From Candidatus Hydrogenedens sp. (GTDB taxonomy: Bacteria; Hydrogenedentota; Hydrogenedentia; Hydrogenedentales; Hydrogenedentaceae), in the NCBI GenBank assembly GCA_049968235.1, contig JBMFRC010000021.1, positions 1 through 56,029 of the forward strand: DNA of 56,029 nucleotides, read 5' to 3'. Position numbers and translations under genes: made by a program. The notes under the pieces were generated by a model, which was not told where the DNA came from, did not search any database, and saw nothing but the letters and a program-made list of their open reading frames with translations. The first letter of the stretch is position 1; each line of letters opens with the position of its first letter. Positions 30,339 to 37,917 of the stretch are shown here, one piece after another.

Positions 30339-32225
30339 TTACTCAACAACGAAACCTTCCTTTTCGAGAAGTGCTTTAATTTCAGATAGTAGCATACCCC
30401 GCGAATAGACTGTATGGTTAGGAGAAATGGGGTGAAGTATCTCGGAAAGTTTCTTGCGGTGCATTAAATCGGCAATTATGACAGAATCCTGTGCCTCTAT
30501 TAAAATAACCGGGCGTACCTTTACTCGTTTAACCGTATGCATCCAATCTTCCATTGTGGAGATAACTATATCCGGAATTTGTTGCTTACGGGTATTCTGG
30601 AATAAGTATTGTATGAATTGGTTCGGGTCTGCACCACTCTGCACTCCCTTCAGGAAGGATTCCTTAGTAATTGAATATATTGAAACAGGTCCACCATTAC
30701 TTTTCTTTTGAGCAAAAAGTTCTATCCAGATTAATTGTAACGGGTCTACTTTAATTGTGGGAACAATAATTTCAAAGTTAGGCTGGACTATCCATTCCTG
30801 TTTTTTGTTGTATTTTTCTTTCAACTTCTTTGTAGGTTCTGAAGAGAATAAAAGATATTCCCCAATTTCACTGATACGGAAATAACGGTCTTTTTTGGCA
30901 TAACCAAATTCAATAATGCCAAACCAGAAGAAAGTATTATCTATAAAATGTATATAGTTCTTCTCATCACAATTGTCTTCGGAAGGTAAATATTCCCAGA
31001 AATTGTCTTTCGTTTGTTTTAATTCATAACGGGATAACTCACAATGTCGAGCGTAAACTCTTTTCCCAAACTCATTCAGAGAATACCATGTGTAAGGTTT
31101 TAATCCCTGTAACTCCGAAAGAGTTGCCGATAAAGATAAATTTGTTTCTTCCGCTTTGATGGCTGTTTCATAAATCTTTTTAAGTCTCTCCGGAAACGAC
31201 ATATTTACAAGTTCTTCAAGGTTTACAATACGGAGTGTGTTATCCACCTGTGCAAGCAAACCTGCTTTCTCAGCCAGCCGGACCAGTGTCTCGATAGGTG
31301 GATATGCATTTTCAGGCTCATCACGGGAAATGCGTTGTTCATCGGCACGAGTAATTTGTCCCGATGAGGTTATGCGTAAGGGAGATACTGCAATTTTGCC
31401 AAGAAGATGAGATATGCGTTCTGCCAATGAAACACCACAACTCTCAATACGGCTGATTTTAATATTTGTAGGTGTGATTTGTTGTTTCAATATCTCTTTC
31501 GATTCTTTTCTCTTTTCTCTATAATGCCGAATTTCGGATAGGATACTAATAAAACGGTTAAGTCTGTTTTGCCCATTGAAACGGAAAAGTTCAAAGAGAA
31601 CAAACTGATTGAGTAATTCATCTAATGCTTCTTCAATTTCTGTATTATTATATTTAGGAAACCTTTGCCGTATTTGCTGAACAGGGACAACCCCAGTCTT
31701 GCTTTGCCATAAGAAATCAAATATTTCCCTGGCTAATCCGGAAAAAGAATAACCCGCAACATATTCCAGAACAGATTCGGGGGTTTTATATAAATTTTCT
31801 ATGATTTCATTGGCTAATGACATCCACCCAATTACACGATTTATCTTTAATTTTTGTTCCAATTCCCTGCGTTCAGAATTGGAATAATTTTGTAACGATT
31901 TATAAATAGAATTAATGTCCCCCAGACTGTTCAAGTTATCCTGAACTCTACGAATAATAGGAAGAGCTTCCGGAACTACTTTAACGCGGTTTAAATCAAA
32001 AAAGAAAAGTTTTGGGTAAAGTTTGTAAATGTAATTAATCGTTTCTTCTGAGGTTTCAAGTTTTGCGGATAAATACCGGCTCGTTAGCCCTCCCCGGCTA
32101 TTCGCAGACAACTCAAGAGCCATATAAAACGATGTTAAGTCCATCCCTTCAAAGGCGGACAATAGACTATAACTATAACGCATTATCTCGCGGACCTTTT
32201 CAAAATACAGTTTACCTTGCACCAA
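30339..32225 (-). CDS. orphan hypothetical protein (628 aa) with a C-terminal segment reminiscent of the XPB damage-recognition / helicase-associated (PF13625-like) domain
   Basis: No catalytic motif was recognised. The C-terminal ~110 aa (...DWMHTVKRVKVRPVILIEAQDSVIIADLMHRKKLSEILHPISPNHTVYSRGMLLSEIKALLEKEGFVV) resemble the small alpha/beta domain found N-terminal to XPB-type helicases. It is convergent with lolD. Confidence 0.5.
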   Translation of the reverse strand: MVQGKLYFEKVREIMRYSYSLLSAFEGMDLTSFYMALELSANSRGGLTSRYLSAKLETSEETINYIYKLYPKLFFFDLNRVKVVPEALPIIRRVQDNLNSLGDINSIYKSLQNYSNSERRELEQKLKINRVIGWMSLANEIIENLYKTPESVLEYVAGYSFSGLAREIFDFLWQSKTGVVPVQQIRQRFPKYNNTEIEEALDELLNQFVLFELFRFNGQNRLNRFISILSEIRHYREKRKESKEILKQQITPTNIKISRIESCGVSLAERISHLLGKIAVSPLRITSSGQITRADEQRISRDEPENAYPPIETLVRLAEKAGLLAQVDNTLRIVNLEELVNMSFPERLKKIYETAIKAEETNLSLSATLSELQGLKPYTWYSLNEFGKRVYARHCELSRYELKQTKDNFWEYLPSEDNCDEKNYIHFIDNTFFWFGIIEFGYAKKDRYFRISEIGEYLLFSSEPTKKLKEKYNKKQEWIVQPNFEIIVPTIKVDPLQLIWIELFAQKKSNGGPVSIYSITKESFLKGVQSGADPNQFIQYLFQNTRKQQIPDIVISTMEDWMHTVKRVKVRPVILIEAQDSVIIADLMHRKKLSEILHPISPNHTVYSRGMLLSEIKALLEKEGFVVE

Positions 32226-32325
32226 TTGAACATAACATTATATAGGAAATGCTGTGCGAGTTCAAATCGCAAAGAAGGATAATGAAAAGCCATACCTGCT
32301 CATGAAATTGGTCTTTATTCCTGTG

Positions 32326-32379
32326 CTATGCAAAAATTGCAGAGTAATTGGTGAAAAGTGCAGGTTTTGCATAGAAATT
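32326..32379 (+). promoter_or_regulatory. pair of inverted enhancer-like dyads (ATGCAAAAATTGCAG and its near-reverse-complement GTGCAGGTTTTGCAT; TGCA-N5-TGCA cores), candidate UAS for the adjacent NtrC-type activator
   Basis: 32329-32341 tgcaaaaattgca and 32360-32372 tgcaggttttgca lie about 31 bp apart (three helical turns). They sit 45-90 bp upstream of the sigma-54 -24/-12 element. Confidence 0.4.
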
Positions 32380-32402
32380 TGCGATAAGTCGTTTATAATA
32401 CA

Positions 32403-32420
32403 TTGGCATAAGTATTGCTT
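32403..32420 (+). promoter_or_regulatory. sigma-54 (RpoN) -24/-12 promoter: TGGCAT-N5-TTGCT
   Basis: GG at 32405-32406 and GC at 32417-32418 have exactly 10 nt between them, matching the consensus TGGCAC-N5-TTGCW. It lies ~45 nt upstream of ATG 32467 and an AGGAGA RBS. An NtrC-family activator is encoded 1.5 kb downstream. Confidence 0.6.
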
Positions 32421-32466
32421 ATTTATTATAGGAAAACAAAAAACCTTAACAATAAGGAGAAAGAAG

Positions 32467-32820
32467 ATGAAACAGAGATTCGTATTCACACTAAGTTTAC
32501 TGGCAGTCGTCCTGATGCTGAGTGGGATTACTATGGCACAAGGAAATGGACAGGGTGCTCAGCGAGGTTATTGCAAAACCAATTGCTATGTGGACAAAAA
32601 TGGCGATGGTGTCTGCGATAACTTCAAAGACGCCAACAATGATGGTAGATGTGATAATTGCACATGCCCGGCATCCTGCGGGAAAGGTAAAGGAAACTGC
32701 TGTAGCAATTTTGTAGATTCCAATAATGATGGCAGATGCGATAATTGCCAAAATTCTAATGCCTACTATGGTAATGGTAGGGGAAAATGCAATAGAAGAT
32801 GTTGCCCTGTAAACAAATAA
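32467..32820 (+). CDS. small secreted Cys-rich protein with three tandem Ca-loop-like repeats (D-x-N-x-D-G-x-C-D-N)
   Basis: MKQRFVFTLSLLAVVLMLSGITMAQG is a Sec signal peptide. The mature ~91 aa carry 14 Cys and the repeats VDKNGDGVCDNF, DANNDGRCDNC and DSNNDGRCDNC. The RBS is AGGAGAAAGAAG. The real start is 32467, not the track start 32254. Confidence 0.65.
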   Translation: MKQRFVFTLSLLAVVLMLSGITMAQGNGQGAQRGYCKTNCYVDKNGDGVCDNFKDANNDGRCDNCTCPASCGKGKGNCCSNFVDSNNDGRCDNCQNSNAYYGNGRGKCNRRCCPVNK

Positions 32821-32839
32821 GAAACAAAGGAAAATCATT

Positions 32840-32878
32840 GGCTTGCTCTTTAATAAAAAGGGCAAGCCTTTATTTTAT
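32840..32878 (+). terminator. rho-independent terminator after the Cys-rich protein gene
   Basis: GGCTTGC (32840-32846), a 15-nt loop, then GCAAGCC (32862-32868) followed by TTTATTTTAT. Confidence 0.6.
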
Positions 32879-32908
32879 AATATAATTATGATACATTAAA
32901 GAAAATAT

Positions 32909-34246
32909 ATGTTCTGGCAAAATAGAAAATTACTTTTTGTTTTTACAGCAATTATTGTCGGCGTAATTATTTTTATTCTTCTGGTTTCTTTTTTACGAGA
33001 GCGACAGCATAACCAACAGGTCTTTGTAGAACGAGGACAAACACTATTGCAAATTCTTTCCTCCTCTTTATCACTTCAAACACGCATGGGCTGTTATCGT
33101 GCCCAGCGAGTTGTGGAAATAATAAATAGTGTTTCGTTATCCCCGGGTATTTTGTATGTAGCGTTATTAAATCATGAAGGGAAAATAATTGCCAGTGCAG
33201 GTGAAACATCCGTCTCCCCAATAAATAAAATTGCAAAAGGAAAACATATTTATTGGGATAACGAATGTGTTTGTTTATCACAAACGATTTCTATGGACGA
33301 ACTTCAAAAAGGTCGTCAACACCGATATGGAATGGCAGTATGTCCTGACCCAACATGTGCAAATGAAAGTATGATTCCCTGGAGTGAATGGGGAACGGGT
33401 CCTTTTCTTCTGATGGTTTGTCTGAATACTCAAGAATTGAAAGGAATGAACAAATCAACCTCTATTCGGTTTGGGATATTTGCCCTGTTGAGTATGGGCA
33501 TAAGTATATTGGGCTTTGTTGTTCTGGAATTGTATCAACGAAAAGAATTGTATGCTTATGACCTAAAATTAACCCGGGAAAAAGCAAGATATAACGAACA
33601 TTTAGCACAAATAGGGGCAGGACTGGCACATGAGACAAAAAACCCATTAAGCATTGTTCGTGGGCTTGCTCAGGCAATACAGGAGGAAGTGGAGCCAATT
33701 TCAGATGCATATAAATATGCCAGTAAAATAATTGATGAGACAGACCGTTCTGTCCGGCAGATAAACAATTTTTTGGAACTGACACATCCTCATACTCCCG
33801 AAAAGAAACCTATCTCTTTACAATCTATCATTGAACAGTTGTTGAATTTGACAGATACAGATATAAAAAATAAAGGCATTTCCATTGAAGTAAAAGGAAC
33901 AGATATAACCATAGAAGCAGACCCCGAATATCTTCGTCGTGCTTTGTTAAATCTCCTTCTGAATGCAATACAGGCATGTTCCGCAGGAGATAAAATTACC
34001 CTTCAAATAGAACCCCTCGGCGATTGGATAGCCCTTCACATTATAGATACAGGAGTCGGTATTTCAGCAGAAGATTTACCTCATGTAGTAAAGCCGTATT
34101 ATTCCAAACGGAAAGGAGGCACAGGGCTTGGTTTGAGTATTGTAAATGAAATAGTTCTATTGCATGGATGGGAATTTTCTATCCAATCTCAAAAGGGAGA
34201 AGGAACAAAGGTAACTATTTCCCATATCCGCCGAATTAACAGTTGA
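32909..34246 (+). CDS. sensor histidine kinase with Cys-containing periplasmic sensing domain
   Basis: TM1 LLFVFTAIIVGVIIFILLVSF. The periplasmic ~150 aa include ...DNECVCLSQ...MAVCPDPTCANES.... TM2 IRFGIFALLSMGISILGFVVL. HisKA LAHETKNPLSIVRG. HATPase ...GVGISAEDLPHVVKPYYS...GGTGLGLSIVNEIV. Confidence 0.8.
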   Translation: MFWQNRKLLFVFTAIIVGVIIFILLVSFLRERQHNQQVFVERGQTLLQILSSSLSLQTRMGCYRAQRVVEIINSVSLSPGILYVALLNHEGKIIASAGETSVSPINKIAKGKHIYWDNECVCLSQTISMDELQKGRQHRYGMAVCPDPTCANESMIPWSEWGTGPFLLMVCLNTQELKGMNKSTSIRFGIFALLSMGISILGFVVLELYQRKELYAYDLKLTREKARYNEHLAQIGAGLAHETKNPLSIVRGLAQAIQEEVEPISDAYKYASKIIDETDRSVRQINNFLELTHPHTPEKKPISLQSIIEQLLNLTDTDIKNKGISIEVKGTDITIEADPEYLRRALLNLLLNAIQACSAGDKITLQIEPLGDWIALHIIDTGVGISAEDLPHVVKPYYSKRKGGTGLGLSIVNEIVLLHGWEFSIQSQKGEGTKVTISHIRRINS

Positions 34247-34303
34247 GGTATGTTTATAGTATGATGAATAAAATATAGAGATGAAATACCCTTTGTTAAT
34301 TCC

Positions 34304-35614
34304 ATGAAAAAAGAAAACGCAGAAAAAGTAATTCTACTTGTTGATGATGATAATGCTCAGAGAGAATTACTCTCTCGCTATCTAACTCGGGCAGGCTTTT
34401 CTGTCCTTGCTGTTGCTAATTACAAAGATGCAAAGCCCCTTTTCGGACATGCACATCTTATTCTTCTGGATGTTCGTCTGCCGGATGCCAATGGGGTGGA
34501 GAAAATACCGGAGATAAAGGAACAGTTTCCGGGAATTCCTGTGATTTTGCTCACCGCTTTTATTGATGTCCGCGATGCCGTTCAGGCAATTAGACAGGGT
34601 GCTGTGGATTACCTTGAAAAGCCTGTAGATTTAGATGAGTTAATTGAAGTAATCCAAGAACAGCTGGGAACACTTCCGACAGATAGGACAGAAGATAGCG
34701 AATTGCCGGAAGACTTTATCTGTTATAGCACATCCATGCAAAAAGTGGTGCAGGATTGCCTTCGTGTATCTCCCACCAAAGCCACAGTGCTTATTACCGG
34801 AGAAAGTGGTGCAGGGAAAGAATGGATAGCAAGACTTATTCACCAATTTAGTGAGCGTAAAAATAAACCTCTTGTTGTTATAGATTGCACACATCTGCCA
34901 GAAACACTTGCAGAAAGTATTTTGTTTGGTCATGAACCCGGCGCTTTCACAGGGGCTATAACACAACAAAAAGGGCAACTTGAAGAGGCTAATGGAGGAA
35001 CTCTTTTTTTGGATGAAGTAGGAGAATTGCCCCTATCAGTGCAACCAAAACTATTGCGTGTTCTGGAAGGGTCACCTTTCCGAAGGATTGGTGGGACAAA
35101 AGATATACATGTTGACCTGCGTATTATTTCTGCGACCAATCGGAATTTAGAAACAGAGGTGCAGGAAGGAAAATTTCGTCAGGATTTGTTCTATCGCCTT
35201 CATGTAATCACCATTCATGTCCCTCCTTTACGAGAACGAGTAGATGATATTCTACCTCTGGCAGAATTTTTTTTGAAGCCGTATAACAAAACTTTATCAC
35301 CATCCGTACAGAGATTACTCCTCCGCTATCCGTGGTTCGGAAATGTTCGCGAATTAAGAAATGCTATGGAACGTTCTGCTATTCTTGCTAATGGTCCCAT
35401 GATTATGCCCGAAGACCTTCCAGAGATTATTCAAAATTATTCACCTTCCGATGAATCCCATCAGCCCCCTTCTTCATTACGATTGGATGAGTTAGAACGG
35501 GAGGCGATTCTTAACGCATTAAAAGAAGCAGGGGGAAATCGAACACGAACTGCGGAAATTTTAGGAATTAGTAGACGTACACTTATATATAAATTGCGGG
35601 CATACGGGTTATAA
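34304..35614 (+). CDS. sigma-54-dependent response regulator (NtrC family bacterial enhancer-binding protein)
   Basis: Receiver domain (ILLVDDDNAQRELL...LILLDVRLPDANG). AAA+ sigma-54 activation domain with Walker A GESGAGKE, the GAFTGA loop (HEPGAFTGA) and ESELFGHE-like ESILFGHE. C-terminal Fis-type HTH (GGNRTRTAEILGISRRTLIYKLRAYGL). Confidence 0.85.
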   Translation: MKKENAEKVILLVDDDNAQRELLSRYLTRAGFSVLAVANYKDAKPLFGHAHLILLDVRLPDANGVEKIPEIKEQFPGIPVILLTAFIDVRDAVQAIRQGAVDYLEKPVDLDELIEVIQEQLGTLPTDRTEDSELPEDFICYSTSMQKVVQDCLRVSPTKATVLITGESGAGKEWIARLIHQFSERKNKPLVVIDCTHLPETLAESILFGHEPGAFTGAITQQKGQLEEANGGTLFLDEVGELPLSVQPKLLRVLEGSPFRRIGGTKDIHVDLRIISATNRNLETEVQEGKFRQDLFYRLHVITIHVPPLRERVDDILPLAEFFLKPYNKTLSPSVQRLLLRYPWFGNVRELRNAMERSAILANGPMIMPEDLPEIIQNYSPSDESHQPPSSLRLDELEREAILNALKEAGGNRTRTAEILGISRRTLIYKLRAYGL

Positions 35615-35660
35615 TTTGTTTTATAATGAGGATAGGTAAATTACTTTTGTAGGACATTGT

Positions 35661-36908
35661 ATGAATATCCATGAACACCAACCATACCCTCCTTTAAGAA
35701 ATATCGAGGCATTCCCCATTCATCATCAAGGACAAACACTTATCTGCCTTCATGACCCACTGGGATATGTAAACACCGAAATTACACTCTCACCCGCTGC
35801 ATTCTTTATTGCCGCATGTCTGGATGGAAATCATACCTCGCGGGATATTCAACTGGAATTTGCTCGTGAATTTCAAGGGGCTTTAATCCCTCGTGAACAG
35901 ATAGAAAAAATAGTTGAGTTCCTGGATGAACATGGCTTCCTCCTAAATGAACGCTTCGAGGAAATTAAAAGCAAAACAGAAAAGGATTTTTTACAGCAAG
36001 TTGTTCGCCTTCCTTATCATGCAGGGCAATCTTATTCTTCTGCAAAGCATGAATTGGGTGCCTTTTTATCCACAATTTTTACACGAACAGGGGGACCGGG
36101 ACCTTTGCCCGATAAACAACAATCTTCTGAGGATTGTATGGTCGGTTTAATTGTTCCACATATTGATTTTCAACGGGGTGCTCTGGGTTATGCCCATGCC
36201 TACTATCGACTTTATCAATGTAAAAAACCGGATACAGTTATTATCTTTGGGGTAAGTCATCAAGGGGGAGAAACACCTTATATCTTAACACGCAAACATT
36301 ACAGCACACCTTTAGGAACTATTAAAACACATCAGGATTGTGTTGAGTATTTAGCCCAGAATTCACAATTCGACCCGTTCAAATCTGAAATTATGCATCG
36401 TATGGAACATTCCATTGAATTTCAGGTGCTAATGTTGAATTATCTCTTTGGCACAGATATTCAGATAGTCCCTGTGTTATGTACCTCTATTTCAGAAGAT
36501 AGAGAACTCTCCCCAGAGGATATTCCGGAAATCCAACAATTTCTGCAAACATGTATCCAATATATCGAACATAGTGGAGAGCGAGTATTGGTCTTGTCTG
36601 CATCAGATTGGGCACATGTCGGAAAACGATTCGGTGACTCGTTTGATATTACCGAAGATATTCAAATTCAGATAAAAAACCGCGATGACGAAGACATAAA
36701 AGTAGCTTTAAATATAAACCCGGAGCATTTTTTCCATTCTGTTATGAAAGACAAAAACAGCCGTCGAGTATGTGGATTATACTCTATTTATTCTACATTG
36801 AAAGTCATAAAAGGAACCGCACACCGTGCTGAATTTCTGCATTATGGACAAGCCCCTGACCCTATTGGCGGGATTGTCTCCTTTTCAAGTATTGCCTACT
36901 TTAAGTAA
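35661..36908 (+). CDS. fusion protein with an N-terminal PqqD-like (RiPP-recognition-element-like) domain and a C-terminal MEMO1 / AmmeMemoRadiSam-protein-B-like domain
   Basis: MEMO signatures: MVGLIVPHIDFQRGALGYAHAY (compare GxIxPHAGYxYSG), MEHSIEFQVLMLNYLF (compare EHSxExQLPFL) and LSASDWAHVGKRFGD (compare SsDfSHyG). The N-terminal residues ~30-95, EITLSPAAFFIAACLDGNHTSRDIQLEFAREFQGALIPREQIEKIVEFLDEHGFLL, align by eye with PqqD ([29 protein letters not shown]...DDVVEFLQ...WI). Confidence 0.6.
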   Translation: MNIHEHQPYPPLRNIEAFPIHHQGQTLICLHDPLGYVNTEITLSPAAFFIAACLDGNHTSRDIQLEFAREFQGALIPREQIEKIVEFLDEHGFLLNERFEEIKSKTEKDFLQQVVRLPYHAGQSYSSAKHELGAFLSTIFTRTGGPGPLPDKQQSSEDCMVGLIVPHIDFQRGALGYAHAYYRLYQCKKPDTVIIFGVSHQGGETPYILTRKHYSTPLGTIKTHQDCVEYLAQNSQFDPFKSEIMHRMEHSIEFQVLMLNYLFGTDIQIVPVLCTSISEDRELSPEDIPEIQQFLQTCIQYIEHSGERVLVLSASDWAHVGKRFGDSFDITEDIQIQIKNRDDEDIKVALNINPEHFFHSVMKDKNSRRVCGLYSIYSTLKVIKGTAHRAEFLHYGQAPDPIGGIVSFSSIAYFK

Positions 36909-36917
36909 GGTGTAAAG

Positions 36918-37916
36918 ATGAATAGGAATACTATTTTGCTTATATTATTCTTCGGAATTATTTGTAATTTGCCCTGCCAATCGTATCATACCTTGATCGA
37001 CTTACATACCGCACCGGGATGGGCTTCGGAAAATGGTGGGACAACAGGCGGAGGAAAATCAAAACCTACTACAATTAAAACGATAGAAGAACTTCAAACT
37101 CTGGTCTCTACAGAAGAACCACAAACAATACTTGTAAGTGGGACCATGGGAGCAGGACTTTCTACAAAAATAAAAGTAAACTCAAACAAGACTATCATGG
37201 GTTTAGACAAGGCACTTATAAAAGGCAGTTTTACCATTAAAGATGCAAAAAACATTATCATCCGGAATTTGACGATTGAGGGTCCCGGTGCCATTGATGT
37301 GAATGCTCCATACTGTATTACAATAGATAATTCAACAAATATATGGTTAGACCATCTTGATATATACGATGGTTAGGATGGAAATGTTGATATTGTTAAT
37401 GGTTCTAACTACATTACCATATCATGGTGCAAGTTCCATTATACTTCTGCTTCGAAAAATCATAAATTGTCAACACTCATTGGTAATTCAGATGAAAAAA
37501 TATCCGACAGAGGAAAATTGAAAACTACAATGGTATATAACTGATGGGCAGAAGGCGTTGATTCGCGTACGCCAAGAGTTCGCTTTGGACAGGTGCATGT
37601 CATAAACAATCTCTACACATGCACAGAAAATGATTACTGCATTCTGGCAGGCATGGAAGCAAACTTGAGAATCGAATATAATTTATTTGTAAATGTAAGA
37701 GAACCTATCAATTTATCTCAAAAAACATTTACTGCTGTTAGCGACTCAAACAATAAATTCCTATCAGTCAAAGGGAACACTGAGGGAAAAGGAGACGCCT
37801 TTAAGCCCCCCTATAATATAACCATTATCCCATTAAATAAATTAGAAATGATTATAAAAAAGTATGCAGGAGCCAATCTTCCTCATATTAAAAACGAAAT
37901 ATTCTGTGAACAATAG
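36918..37916 (+). pseudogene. pectate lyase (polysaccharide lyase family 1) with two in-frame nonsense codons (TAG 37374-37376, TGA 37542-37544) and no frameshift
   Basis: Signal peptide, then GWASENGGTTGGGKS...ILVSGTM...IKVNSNKTIMGL...IIRNLTIEG...IWLDHLDIYDG*DGNVDIVNGSNYITISWCKFHYTSASKNHKLSTLIGNSDEKISDRGKLKTTMVYN*WAEGVDSRTPRVRFGQVHVINNLYT.... This closely parallels Bacillus or Erwinia PL1 motifs (GYASxNGGTTGG, vWIDHxxfs...DGxxDIkxgSdyVTvSwn.F..HdKxmLiGhSD, RMPRVRFGqvHvyNNYY). The track reports only the flanking pieces 36918-37376 and 37593-37916. Confidence 0.7.
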
Positions 37917-37917
37917 A

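Noticed and set aside
32254-32466. Upstream extension of the Cys-rich protein ORF (MRVQIAKKDNEKPYLLMKLVFIPVLCKNCRVIGEK...)
   Set aside because: The extension would read through the sigma-54 promoter and UAS dyads and has no RBS. ATG 32467 has a strong AGGAGA RBS and starts a canonical signal peptide.
20447-37545. UGA (and UAG) reassigned to a sense codon genome-wide, as in SR1 or Gracilibacteria-type codes
   Set aside because: frr, uppS and the sensor HK at 32909-34246 terminate on TGA at the expected protein ends. The hybrid HK ends on TAG. An intact RF2 gene (prfB) is present. In-frame stops are confined to two accessory secreted-enzyme genes.
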